A DNA stretch of 64,000 bases from Antedon mediterranea (lineage: Eukaryota; Animalia; Echinodermata): positions 9,082,201 to 9,146,200 of the forward strand of contig NC_092679.1 in assembly GCF_964355755.1 (NCBI RefSeq), written 5' to 3'. The notes beneath the pieces were generated by a model. It had not been told where the DNA came from. It saw only the letters and a list, made by a program, of their open reading frames with translations, and did no database searches. The position numbers were made by a program, and so were the translations under genes. Below are positions 25,655 through 39,918 of this stretch, piece by piece. Within the stretch, counting starts at the first letter, position 1; each line of letters begins with the position of its first letter.

Positions 25655-28600
25655 AAAACTTGTTAACACAAAAACACCAAAGTGCTTAAAATAGCTTCAA
25701 ATCGCATTTGGAGACGTTTTAGACCATTTTGTGAGTTTCGAAAAAATTTGTTTAAATAAAAACACCAATGTGCTAAGAATAGTTTAAAATCGCATTTGCA
25801 GACGTTTTAGACCATTTTGTGATTTTCGAAAAAAACTTGTTAACATAAAAACACAAAAGTGTTTAGAATAGCTTCAAATTGCATTTGTAGACGTTTTAGA
25901 CCATTTTGTGATCTTCGAAAAAACTTGTTAACATAAAAACATCAAAGTGTACAGAATAGCTTCAAATCGCATTTGGAGACGTTTTAGACCATTTTGTGAT
26001 TTTCGAAAAAACTTGTTAACATAAAAACACCAAAGTGTAAAGAAAAGCTTCAAATCGCATTTTGAAACGTTTTAGACCATTTTGTGATTTTCGAAAAAAC
26101 TTATTAACATAAAAACATCAAAGTGTACAGATTAGCTTCAAATCGCATTTGGAGACGTTTTAGACCATTTTGTGATTTTCGAAAAAACTTGTTAACATAA
26201 AAACACCAAAGTGTACAGAAAAGCTTCAAATCGCTATTGGAGACGTTTTAGACCATTTTGTGATTTTCGAAAAAAATTGTTTCCATAAAAACACCAAAGT
26301 GCTTAGAATAGCTTCAAATCGCATTTGGAGACATTTTAGACCATTTTGTGATTTTCGAAAAAAGTTGTTAACATAAAAACATCAAAGTGTACAGAAAAGC
26401 TTCAAATCGCATTTAGAGACGTTTTAGACCATTTTGTGATTTTCAAAAAAACTTGTTAACATAAAAACACCAAAGTGCTTAGAATAGCTTAAAATCGCAT
26501 TTGGAGACGTTTTAGACCATTTTGTGATTTTCGAAAAACTTGTTAACATAAAAACATCAAAGTGTACAGAATAGCTTAAAATCGCTATTGGAGACGTTTT
26601 AGACCATTTTGTGATTTTCGAAAAAACTTGTTAACATAAAAACATCAAAGTGCTTAGAATAGCTTCAAATCGCATTTGGAGAAAATTTAGACCATTTTGT
26701 GATTTTCGAAAAAAGTTAACATAAAAACATTAAAGTGTACAGAAAAGCTTCAAATCGCATTTAGAGACGTTTTAGACCATTTTGTGATTTTCGAAAAACT
26801 TGTTAACATAAAAACATCAAAGTGTACAGAATAGCTTCAAATCGCATTTGGAGACGTTTTAGACCATTTTGTGATTTTCGAAAAACTTGTTAACATAAAA
26901 ACATCAAAGTGTACAGAATAGCTTCAAATCGCATTTGGAGACGTTTTAGACAATTTTGTGATTTTCGAAAAACTTGGTTACACAAAAACATCAAAGTGCT
27001 TGAAATCACATTAGAAACCGTTTTAGACCATTTTGAGCATTTCGATAAAACATTTCACACAAAAACATCAAAGAGCACAAAGTAGCTTAATATCGTATTT
27101 AAAAACGTTTTTGACCATTTTGAGCATTTCGAAAGAAAATTTTCACACAAAACATCAAAGTGTACAGAATAGCTTCAAATCGCATTTGGAAACGTTTTAG
27201 ACCATTTTGTGATTTTCGAAAAACTTGTTAACACAAAAACACCAAAGTGCTTAAAATAGCTTCAAATCGCATTTGGAGACGTTTTAGACCATTTTGTGAT
27301 TTTCGAAAAAACCTGTTAACATAAAAACACAAAAGTGCTTAGAATAGCTTCAAATCGCATTTGTAGACGTTTTAGACCATTTTGTGATTTTCGAAAAAAC
27401 TTGTTAATCTAAAAACACCAAAGTGCTTTAAATAGCTTCAAATCGCATTTACAGACATTTTAGACCCTTTTGTGATTTTCGAAAAAACTTGTTAACATAA
27501 AAACATCAAAGTGTACAGATTAGCTTCAAATCGCATTTGTAGACGTTTTAGACCATTTTGTGATTTTCGAAAAAACTTGCTAACATAAAAACATCAAAGT
27601 GTACAGAATAGCTTCAAATCACATTTGGAGACGTTTTAGACCATTTTGTGATTTTCGAAAAAAATTGTTTCCATAAAAACACCAAAGTGCTTAGAATAGC
27701 TTCAAATCGCATTTGGAGACATTTTAGACCATTTTGTGATTTTCGAAAAAACTTGTTAACATAAAAACACAAAAGTGCTTAGAATAGCTTCAAATCGCAT
27801 TTGTAGACGTTTTAGACCATTTTGTGATTTTCGAAAAAACTTGTTAACCTAAAAACACCAAAGTGCTTTAAATAGCTTCAAATCGCATTTACAGACATTT
27901 TAGACCCTTTTGTGATTTTCGAAAAAACTTGTTAACATAAAAACATCAAAGTGTACAGATTAGCTTCAAATCGCATTTGTAGACGTTTTAGACCATTTTG
28001 TGATTTTCGAAAAAACTTGCTAACATAAAAACATCAAAGTGTACAGAATAGCTTCAAATCACATTTGGAGACGTTTTAGACCATTTTGTGATTTTCGAAA
28101 AAAATTGTTTCCATAAAAACACCAAAGTGCTTAGAATAGCTTCAAATCGCATTTGGAGACATTTTAGACCATTTTGTGATTTTCGAAAAAACTTGTTAAC
28201 ATAAAAACATCAAAATGTACAGAAAAGCTTCAAATCTCATTTAGAGACGTTTTAGACCATTTTGTGATTTCAAAAAAACTTGTTAACATAAAAACACCAA
28301 AGTGCTTAGAATAGCTTAAAATCGCATTTGGAGACGTTTTAGACCATTTTGTGATTTTCGAAAAACTTGTTAACATAAAAACATCAAAGAGTACAGAATA
28401 GCTTCAAATCGCATTTGGAGACGTTTTAGACAATTTTGTGATTTTCGAAAAACTTGGTTACACAAAAACATCAAAGTGCTTGAAATCACATTATAAACCG
28501 TTTTAGACCATTTTGAGCATTTCGATAAAACATTTCACACAAAAACATCAAAGAGCACAAAGTAGCTTAATATCGTATTTAAAAACGTTTTTGACCATTT

Positions 28601-31600
28601 TGAGCATTTCGACAGAAAATTTTCACACAAAACATCAAAGTGTACAGAATAGCTTCAAATCGCATTTGGAAACGTTTTAGACCATTTTGAGCATTTCGAA
28701 AAACTTGTTAACACAAAAACACCAAAGTGCTTAAAATAGCTTCAAATCGCATTTGGAGACGTTTTAGACCATTTTGTGATTTTCGAAAAAACTTGTTAAC
28801 ATAAAAACACCAAAGTGCTTAAAATAGCTTTAAATCGCATTTGGAGATGTTTTAGACCATTTTGTGATTTTCTAAAAAACTTGTTAACATAAAAACATCA
28901 AAGTGTACAGAATAGCTTCAAATCGCATTTGGAGACGTTTTAGACAATTTTGTGATTTCCGAAAAACTTGTTAAAACAAAAACACCAAAGTGCTTAAAAT
29001 AGCTTCAAATCACATTTGGAGACATTTTAGACCCTTTTGTGATTTTCTAAAAAACTTGGTTACACAAAAGCACCTAAGTGCTTAAAATAGCTTCAAATCG
29101 CATTTGGAGACGTTTTAGACCATTTTGTGATTTTCGAAAAAACTAGTTAACATAAAAACATCAAAGTGCTTAAAATCACATTAGAAATCGTTTTAGACCA
29201 TTTTGAGCATTTTGCTAAAACTTTTCACAAAAAAACACCAAAGAGCACAAAATAGCTTAATATCGTGTTTAAAAACGTTTTAGACCATTTTGAGCATTTC
29301 GAAAAACTTGTTAACACAAAAACACCAAAGTGCTTAAAATAGCTTCAAATCGCATTTGGAGACGTTTTAGACCATTTTGTGAGTTTCGAAAAAATTTGTT
29401 TAAATAAAAACACCAATGTGCTAAGAATAGTTTAAAATCGCATTTGCAGACGTTTTAGACCATTTTGTGATTTTCGAAAAAACTTGTTAACATAAAAACA
29501 CAAAAGTGCTTAGAATAGCTTCAAATTGCATTTGTAGACGTTTTAGACCATTTTGTGATCTTCGAAAAAACTTGTTAACATAAAAACATCAAAGTGTACA
29601 GAATAGCTTCAAATCGCATTTGGAGACGTTTTAGACCATTTTGTGATTTTCGAAAAAACTTGTTAACATAAAAACACCAAAGTGTAAAGAAAAGCTTCAA
29701 ATCGCATTTGGAAACGTTTTAGACCATTTTGTGATTTTCGAAAAAACTTGTTAACATAAAAACATCAAAGTGTACAGATTAGCTTCAAATCGCATTTGGA
29801 GACGTTTTAGACCATTTTGTGATTTTCGAAAAAACTTGTTAACATAAAAACACCAAAGTGTACAGAAAAGCTTCAAATCGCTATTGGAGACGTTTTAGAC
29901 CATTTTGTGATTTTCGAAAAAAATTGTTTCCATAAAAACACCAAAGTGCTTAGAATAGCTTCAAATCGCATTTGGAGACATTTTAGACCATTTTGTGATT
30001 TTCGAAAAAAGTTGTTAACATAAAAACATCAAAGTGTACAGAAAAGCTTCAAATCGCATTTAGAGACGTTTTAGACCATTTTGTGATTTTCAAAAAAACT
30101 TGTTAACATAAAAACACCAAAGTGCTTAGAATAGCTTAAAATCGCATTTGGAGACGTTTTAGACCATTTTGTGATTTTCGAAAAACTTGTTAACATAAAA
30201 ACATCAAAGTGTACAGAATAGCTTAAAATCGCTATTGGAGACATTTTAGACCATTTTGTGATTTTCGAAAAAACTTGGTAACATAAAAACATCAAAGTGC
30301 TTAGAATAGCTTCAAATCGCATTTGGAGACATTTTAGACCATTTTGTGATTTTCGAAAAAAGTTGTTAACATAAAAACATCAAAGTGTACAGAAAAGCTT
30401 CAAATCGCATTTAGAGACGTTTTAGACCATTTTGTGATTTTCGAAAAACTTGTTAACATAAAAACATCAAAGTGTACAGAATAGCTTCAAATCGCATTTG
30501 GAGATGTTTTAGACCATTTTGTGATTTTCGAAAAACTTGTTAACATAAAAACATCAAAGTGTACAGAATAGCTTCAAATCGCATTTGGAGACGTTTTAGA
30601 CAATTTTGTGATTTTCGAAAAACTTGGTTACACAAAAACATCAAAGTGCTTGAAATCACATTAGAAACCGTTTTAGACCATTTTGAGCATTTCGATAAAA
30701 CATTTCACACAAAAACATCAAAGAGCACAAAGTAGCTTAATATCGTATTTAAAAACGTTTTTGACCATTTTGAGCATTTCGAAAGAAAATTTTCACACAA
30801 AACATCAAAGTGTACAGAATAGCTTCAAATCGCATTTGGAAACGTTTTAGACCATTTTGTGATTTTCGAAAAAACTTGTTAACATAAAAACATCAAAGTG
30901 TACAGAATAGCTTCAAATCGCATTTGTAGACGTTTTAGACCATTTTGTGATTTTCGAAAAAACTTGTTAACATAAAAACATCAAAGTGTACAGAATAGCT
31001 TCAAATCGCATTTGGAGACGTTTTAGACCATTTTGTGATTTTCGAAAAAACTTGTTAACATAAAAACACCAAAGTGCTTAGAATAGCTTCAAATCGCATT
31101 TGGAGACATTTTAGACCATTTTGTGATTTTCGAAAAAACTTGTTAACACAAAAACACCAAAGTGCTTAAAATAGCTTCAAATCGCATTTGGAGACGTTTT
31201 AGACCATTTTGTGAGTTTCGAAAAAATTTGTTTAAATAAAAACACCAATGTGCTAAGAATAGTTTAAAATCGCATTTGCAGACGTTTTAGACCATTTTGT
31301 GATTTTCGAAAAAAACTTGTTAACATAAAAACACAAAAGTGTTTAGAATAGCTTCAAATTGCATTTGTAGACGTTTTAGACCATTTTGTGATCTTCGAAA
31401 AAACTTGTTAACATAAAAACATCAAAGTGTACAGAATAGCTTCAAATCGCATTTGGAGACATTTTAGACCATTTTGTGATTTTCGAAAAAACTTGTTAAC
31501 ATAAAAACATCAAAATGTACAGAAAAGCTTCAAATCTCATTTAGAGACGTTTTAGACCATTTTGTGATTTCAAAAAAACTTGTTAACATAAAAACACCAA

Positions 31601-34600
31601 AGTGCTTAGAATAGCTTAAAATCGCATTTGGAGACGTTTTAGACCATTTTGTGATTTTCGAAAAACTTGTTAACATAAAAACATCAAAGAGTACAGAATA
31701 GCTTCAAATCGCATTTGGAGACGTTTTAGACAATTTTGTGATTTTCGAAAAACTTGGTTACACAAAAACATCAAAGTGCTTGAAATCACATTATAAACCG
31801 TTTTAGACCATTTTGAGCATTTCGATAAAACATTTCACACAAAAACATCAAAGAGCACAAAGTAGCTTAATATCGTATTTAAAAACGTTTTTGACCATTT
31901 TGAGCATTTCGACAGAAAATTTTCACACAAAACATCAAAGTGTACAGAATAGCTTCAAATCGCATTTGGAAACGTTTTAGACCATTTTGAGCATTTCGAA
32001 AAACTTGTTAACACAAAAACACCAAAGTGCTTAAAATAGCTTCAAATCGCATTTGGAGACGTTTTAGACCATTTTGTGATTTTCGAAAAAACTTGTTAAC
32101 ATAAAAACACCAAAGTGCTTAAAATAGCTTTAAATCGCATTTGGAGATGTTTTAGACCATTTTGTGATTTTCTAAAAAACTTGTTAACATAAAAACATCA
32201 AAGTGTACAGAATAGCTTCAAATCGCATTTGGAGACGTTTTAGACAATTTTGTGATTTCCGAAAAACTTGTTAAAACAAAAACACCAAAGTGCTTAAAAT
32301 AGCTTCAAATCACATTTGGAGACATTTTAGACCCTTTTGTGATTTTCTAAAAAACTTGGTTACACAAAAGCACCTAAGTGCTTAAAATAGCTTCAAATCG
32401 CATTTGGAGACGTTTTAGACCATTTTGTGATTTTCGAAAAAACTAGTTAACATAAAAACATCAAAGTGCTTAAAATCACATTAGAAATCGTTTTAGACCA
32501 TTTTGAGCATTTTGCTAAAACTTTTCACAAAAAAACACCAAAGAGCACAAAATAGCTTAATATCGTGTTTAAAAACGTTTTAGACCATTTTGAGCATTTC
32601 GAAAAACTTGTTAACACAAAAACACCAAAGTGCTTAAAATAGCTTCAAATCGCATTTGGAGACGTTTTAGACCATTTTGTGAGTTTCGAAAAAATTTGTT
32701 TAAATAAAAACACCAATGTGCTAAGAATAGTTTAAAATCGCATTTGCAGACGTTTTAGACCATTTTGTGATTTTCGAAAAAACTTGTTAACATAAAAACA
32801 CAAAAGTGCTTAGAATAGCTTCAAATTGCATTTGTAGACGTTTTAGACCATTTTGTGATCTTCGAAAAAACTTGTTAACATAAAAACATCAAAGTGTACA
32901 GAATAGCTTCAAATCGCATTTGGAGACGTTTTAGACCATTTTGTGATTTTCGAAAAAACTTGTTAACATAAAAACACCAAAGTGTAAAGAAAAGCTTCAA
33001 ATCGCATTTGGAAACGTTTTAGACCATTTTGTGATTTTCGAAAAAACTTGTTAACATAAAAACATCAAAGTGTACAGATTAGCTTCAAATCGCATTTGGA
33101 GACGTTTTAGACCATTTTGTGATTTTCGAAAAAACTTGTTAACATAAAAACACCAAAGTGTACAGAAAAGCTTCAAATCGCTATTGGAGACGTTTTAGAC
33201 CATTTTGTGATTTTCGAAAAAAATTGTTTCCATAAAAACACCAAAGTGCTTAGAATAGCTTCAAATCGCATTTGGAGACATTTTAGACCATTTTGTGATT
33301 TTCGAAAAAAGTTGTTAACATAAAAACATCAAAGTGTACAGAAAAGCTTCAAATCGCATTTAGAGACGTTTTAGACCATTTTGTGATTTTCAAAAAAACT
33401 TGTTAACATAAAAACACCAAAGTGCTTAGAATAGCTTAAAATCGCATTTGGAGACGTTTTAGACCATTTTGTGATTTTCGAAAAACTTGTTAACATAAAA
33501 ACATCAAAGTGTACAGAATAGCTTAAAATCGCTATTGGAGACATTTTAGACCATTTTGTGATTTTCGAAAAAACTTGGTAACATAAAAACATCAAAGTGC
33601 TTAGAATAGCTTCAAATCGCATTTGGAGACATTTTAGACCATTTTGTGATTTTCGAAAAAAGTTGTTAACATAAAAACATCAAAGTGTACAGAAAAGCTT
33701 CAAATCGCATTTAGAGACGTTTTAGACCATTTTGTGATTTTCGAAAAACTTGTTAACATAAAAACATCAAAGTGTACAGAATAGCTTCAAATCGCATTTG
33801 GAGATGTTTTAGACCATTTTGTGATTTTCGAAAAACTTGTTAACATAAAAACATCAAAGTGTACAGAATAGCTTCAAATCGCATTTGGAGACGTTTTAGA
33901 CAATTTTGTGATTTTCGAAAAACTTGGTTACACAAAAACATCAAAGTGCTTGAAATCACATTAGAAACCGTTTTAGACCATTTTGAGCATTTCGATAAAA
34001 CATTTCACACAAAAACATCAAAGAGCACAAAGTAGCTTAATATCGTATTTAAAAACGTTTTTGACCATTTTGAGCATTTCGAAAGAAAATTTTCACACAA
34101 AACATCAAAGTGTACAGAATAGCTTCAAATCGCATTTGGAAACGTTTTAGACCATTTTGTGATTTTCGAAAAAACTTGTTAACATAAAAACATCAAAGTG
34201 TACAGAATAGCTTCAAATCGCATTTGTAGACGTTTTAGACCATTTTGTGATTTTCGAAAAAACTTGTTAACATAAAAACATCAAAGTGTACAGAATAGCT
34301 TCAAATCGCATTTGGAGACGTTTTAGACCATTTTGTGATTTTCGAAAAAACTTGTTAACATAAAAACACCAAAGTGCTTAGAATAGCTTCAAATCGCATT
34401 TGGAGACATTTTAGACCATTTTGTGATTTTCGAAAAAACTTGTTAACACAAAAACACCAAAGTGCTTAAAATAGCTTCAAATCGCATTTGGAGACGTTTT
34501 AGACCATTTTGTGAGTTTCGAAAAAATTTGTTTAAATAAAAACACCAATGTGCTAAGAATAGTTTAAAATCGCATTTGCAGACGTTTTAGACCATTTTGT

Positions 34601-37600
34601 GATTTTCGAAAAAAACTTGTTAACATAAAAACACAAAAGTGTTTAGAATAGCTTCAAATTGCATTTGTAGACGTTTTAGACCATTTTGTGATCTTCGAAA
34701 AAACTTGTTAACATAAAAACATCAAAGTGTACAGAATAGCTTCAAATCGCATTTGGAGACGTTTTAGACCATTTTGTGATTTTCGAAAAAACTTGTTAAC
34801 ATAAAAACACCAAAGTGTAAAGAAAAGCTTCAAATCGCATTTTGAAACGTTTTAGACCATTTTGTGATTTTCGAAAAAACTTATTAACATAAAAACATCA
34901 AAGTGTACAGATTAGCTTCAAATCGCATTTGGAGACGTTTTAGACCATTTTGTGATTTTCGAAAAAACTTGTTAACATAAAAACACCAAAGTGTACAGAA
35001 AAGCTTCAAATCGCTATTGGAGACGTTTTAGACCATTTTGTGATTTTCGAAAAAAATTGTTTCCATAAAAACACCAAAGTGCTTAGAATAGCTTCAAATC
35101 GCATTTGGAGACATTTTAGACCATTTTGTGATTTTCGAAAAAAGTTGTTAACATAAAAACATCAAAGTGTACAGAAAAGCTTCAAATCGCATTTAGAGAC
35201 GTTTTAGACCATTTTGTGATTTTCAAAAAAACTTGTTAACATAAAAACACCAAAGTGCTTAGAATAGCTTAAAATCGCATTTGGAGACGTTTTAGACCAT
35301 TTTGTGATTTTCGAAAAACTTGTTAACATAAAAACATCAAAGTGTACAGAATAGCTTAAAATCGCTATTGGAGACGTTTTAGACCATTTTGTGATTTTCG
35401 AAAAAACTTGTTAACATAAAAACATCAAAGTGCTTAGAATAGCTTCAAATCGCATTTGGAGAAAATTTAGACCATTTTGTGATTTTCGAAAAAAGTTAAC
35501 ATAAAAACATTAAAGTGTACAGAAAAGCTTCAAATCGCATTTAGAGACGTTTTAGACCATTTTGTGATTTTCGAAAAACTTGTTAACATAAAAACATCAA
35601 AGTGTACAGAATAGCTTCAAATCGCATTTGGAGACGTTTTAGACCATTTTGTGATTTTCGAAAAACTTGTTAACATAAAAACATCAAAGTGTACAGAATA
35701 GCTTCAAATCGCATTTGGAGACGTTTTAGACAATTTTGTGATTTTCGAAAAACTTGGTTACACAAAAACATCAAAGTGCTTGAAATCACATTAGAAACCG
35801 TTTTAGACCATTTTGAGCATTTCGATAAAACATTTCACACAAAAACATCAAAGAGCACAAAGTAGCTTAATATCGTATTTAAAAACGTTTTTGACCATTT
35901 TGAGCATTTCGAAAGAAAATTTTCACACAAAACATCAAAGTGTACAGAATAGCTTCAAATCGCATTTGGAAACGTTTTAGACCATTTTGTGATTTTCGAA
36001 AAACTTGTTAACACAAAAACACCAAAGTGCTTAAAATAGCTTCAAATCGCATTTGGAGACGTTTTAGACCATTTTGTGATTTTCGAAAAAACCTGTTAAC
36101 ATAAAAACACAAAAGTGCTTAGAATAGCTTCAAATCGCATTTGTAGACGTTTTAGACCATTTTGTGATTTTCGAAAAAACTTGTTAATCTAAAAACACCA
36201 AAGTGCTTTAAATAGCTTCAAATCGCATTTACAGACATTTTAGACCCTTTTGTGATTTTCGAAAAAACTTGTTAACATAAAAACATCAAAGTGTACAGAT
36301 TAGCTTCAAATCGCATTTGTAGACGTTTTAGACCATTTTGTGATTTTCGAAAAAACTTGCTAACATAAAAACATCAAAGTGTACAGAATAGCTTCAAATC
36401 ACATTTGGAGACGTTTTAGACCATTTTGTGATTTTCGAAAAAAATTGTTTCCATAAAAACACCAAAGTGCTTAGAATAGCTTCAAATCGCATTTGGAGAC
36501 ATTTTAGACCATTTTGTGATTTTCGAAAAAACTTGTTAACATAAAAACACAAAAGTGCTTAGAATAGCTTCAAATCGCATTTGTAGACGTTTTAGACCAT
36601 TTTGTGATTTTCGAAAAAACTTGTTAACCTAAAAACACCAAAGTGCTTTAAATAGCTTCAAATCGCATTTACAGACATTTTAGACCCTTTTGTGATTTTC
36701 GAAAAAACTTGTTAACATAAAAACATCAAAGTGTACAGATTAGCTTCAAATCGCATTTGTAGACGTTTTAGACCATTTTGTGATTTTCGAAAAAACTTGC
36801 TAACATAAAAACATCAAAGTGTACAGAATAGCTTCAAATCACATTTGGAGACGTTTTAGACCATTTTGTGATTTTCGAAAAAAATTGTTTCCATAAAAAC
36901 ACCAAAGTGCTTAGAATAGCTTCAAATCGCATTTGGAGACATTTTAGACCATTTTGTGATTTTCGAAAAAACTTGTTAACATAAAAACATCAAAATGTAC
37001 AGAAAAGCTTCAAATCTCATTTAGAGACGTTTTAGACCATTTTGTGATTTCAAAAAAACTTGTTAACATAAAAACACCAAAGTGCTTAGAATAGCTTAAA
37101 ATCGCATTTGGAGACGTTTTAGACCATTTTGTGATTTTCGAAAAACTTGTTAACATAAAAACATCAAAGAGTACAGAATAGCTTCAAATCGCATTTGGAG
37201 ACGTTTTAGACAATTTTGTGATTTTCGAAAAACTTGGTTACACAAAAACATCAAAGTGCTTGAAATCACATTATAAACCGTTTTAGACCATTTTGAGCAT
37301 TTCGATAAAACATTTCACACAAAAACATCAAAGAGCACAAAGTAGCTTAATATCGTATTTAAAAACGTTTTTGACCATTTTGAGCATTTCGACAGAAAAT
37401 TTTCACACAAAACATCAAAGTGTACAGAATAGCTTCAAATCGCATTTGGAAACGTTTTAGACCATTTTGAGCATTTCGAAAAACTTGTTAACACAAAAAC
37501 ACCAAAGTGCTTAAAATAGCTTCAAATCGCATTTGGAGACGTTTTAGACCATTTTGTGATTTTCGAAAAAACTTGTTAACATAAAAACACCAAAGTGCTT

Positions 37601-39918
37601 AAAATAGCTTTAAATCGCATTTGGAGATGTTTTAGACCATTTTGTGATTTTCTAAAAAACTTGTTAACATAAAAACATCAAAGTGTACAGAATAGCTTCA
37701 AATCGCATTTGGAGACGTTTTAGACAATTTTGTGATTTCCGAAAAACTTGTTAAAACAAAAACACCAAAGTGCTTAAAATAGCTTCAAATCACATTTGGA
37801 GACATTTTAGACCCTTTTGTGATTTTCTAAAAAACTTGGTTACACAAAAGCACCTAAGTGCTTAAAATAGCTTCAAATCGCATTTGGAGACGTTTTAGAC
37901 CATTTTGTGATTTTCGAAAAAACTAGTTAACATAAAAACATCAAAGTGCTTAAAATCACATTAGAAATCGTTTTAGACCATTTTGAGCATTTTGCTAAAA
38001 CTTTTCACAAAAAAACACCAAAGAGCACAAAATAGCTTAATATCGTGTTTAAAAACGTTTTAGACCATTTTGAGCATTTCGAAAAACTTGTTAACACAAA
38101 AACACCAAAGTGCTTAAAATAGCTTCAAATCGCATTTGGAGACGTTTTAGACCATTTTGTGAGTTTCGAAAAAATTTGTTTAAATAAAAACACCAATGTG
38201 CTAAGAATAGTTTAAAATCGCATTTGCAGACGTTTTAGACCATTTTGTGATTTTCGAAAAAACTTGTTAACATAAAAACACAAAAGTGCTTAGAATAGCT
38301 TCAAATTGCATTTGTAGACGTTTTAGACCATTTTGTGATCTTCGAAAAAACTTGTTAACATAAAAACATCAAAGTGTACAGAATAGCTTCAAATCGCATT
38401 TGGAGACGTTTTAGACCATTTTGTGATTTTCGAAAAAACTTGTTAACATAAAAACACCAAAGTGTAAAGAAAAGCTTCAAATCGCATTTGGAAACGTTTT
38501 AGACCATTTTGTGATTTTCGAAAAAACTTGTTAACATAAAAACATCAAAGTGTACAGATTAGCTTCAAATCGCATTTGGAGACGTTTTAGACCATTTTGT
38601 GATTTTCGAAAAAACTTGTTAACATAAAAACACCAAAGTGTACAGAAAAGCTTCAAATCGCTATTGGAGACGTTTTAGACCATTTTGTGATTTTCGAAAA
38701 AAATTGTTTCCATAAAAACACCAAAGTGCTTAGAATAGCTTCAAATCGCATTTGGAGACATTTTAGACCATTTTGTGATTTTCGAAAAAAGTTGTTAACA
38801 TAAAAACATCAAAGTGTACAGAAAAGCTTCAAATCGCATTTAGAGACGTTTTAGACCATTTTGTGATTTTCAAAAAAACTTGTTAACATAAAAACACCAA
38901 AGTGCTTAGAATAGCTTAAAATCGCATTTGGAGACGTTTTAGACCATTTTGTGATTTTCGAAAAACTTGTTAACATAAAAACATCAAAGTGTACAGAATA
39001 GCTTAAAATCGCTATTGGAGACATTTTAGACCATTTTGTGATTTTCGAAAAAACTTGGTAACATAAAAACATCAAAGTGCTTAGAATAGCTTCAAATCGC
39101 ATTTGGAGACATTTTAGACCATTTTGTGATTTTCGAAAAAAGTTGTTAACATAAAAACATCAAAGTGTACAGAAAAGCTTCAAATCGCATTTAGAGACGT
39201 TTTAGACCATTTTGTGATTTTCGAAAAACTTGTTAACATAAAAACATCAAAGTGTACAGAATAGCTTCAAATCGCATTTGGAGATGTTTTAGACCATTTT
39301 GTGATTTTCGAAAAACTTGTTAACATAAAAACATCAAAGTGTACAGAATAGCTTCAAATCGCATTTGGAGACGTTTTAGACAATTTTGTGATTTTCGAAA
39401 AACTTGGTTACACAAAAACATCAAAGTGCTTGAAATCACATTAGAAACCGTTTTAGACCATTTTGAGCATTTCGATAAAACATTTCACACAAAAACATCA
39501 AAGAGCACAAAGTAGCTTAATATCGTATTTAAAAACGTTTTTGACCATTTTGAGCATTTCGAAAGAAAATTTTCACACAAAACATCAAAGTGTACAGAAT
39601 AGCTTCAAATCGCATTTGGAAACGTTTTAGACCATTTTGTGATTTTCGAAAAAACTTGTTAACATAAAAACATCAAAGTGTACAGAATAGCTTCAAATCG
39701 CATTTGTAGACGTTTTAGACCATTTTGTGATTTTCGAAAAAACTTGTTAACATAAAAACATCAAAGTGTACAGAATAGCTTCAAATCGCATTTGGAGACG
39801 TTTTAGACCATTTTGTGATTTTCGAAAAAACTTGTTAACATAAAAACACCAAAGTGCTTAGAATAGCTTCAAATCGCATTTGGAGACATTTTAGACCATT
39901 TTGTGATTTTCGAAAAAA
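25655..39918 (-). repeat. Nested duplication block: a 5480-bp tandem duplication containing a 3300-bp tandem duplication
   Basis: GTTTAGAATA at 25861/31341/34641; TTATAAACCG at 28491/31791/37271; ACCTGTTAAC at 27311/36091; ORFs at 30071/33371/38851. 2x5480+3300=14260, which matches the block length. Confidence 0.92.
28133..34760 (-). repeat. 3300-bp tandem duplication, apparently identical (28133-31460 / 31433-34760)
   Basis: Printed lines from 28141 onward match lines from 31441 onward, line for line. Identity begins at AGAATAGC (28133/31433) and breaks at 31461/34761 (A vs G). Confidence 0.95.
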
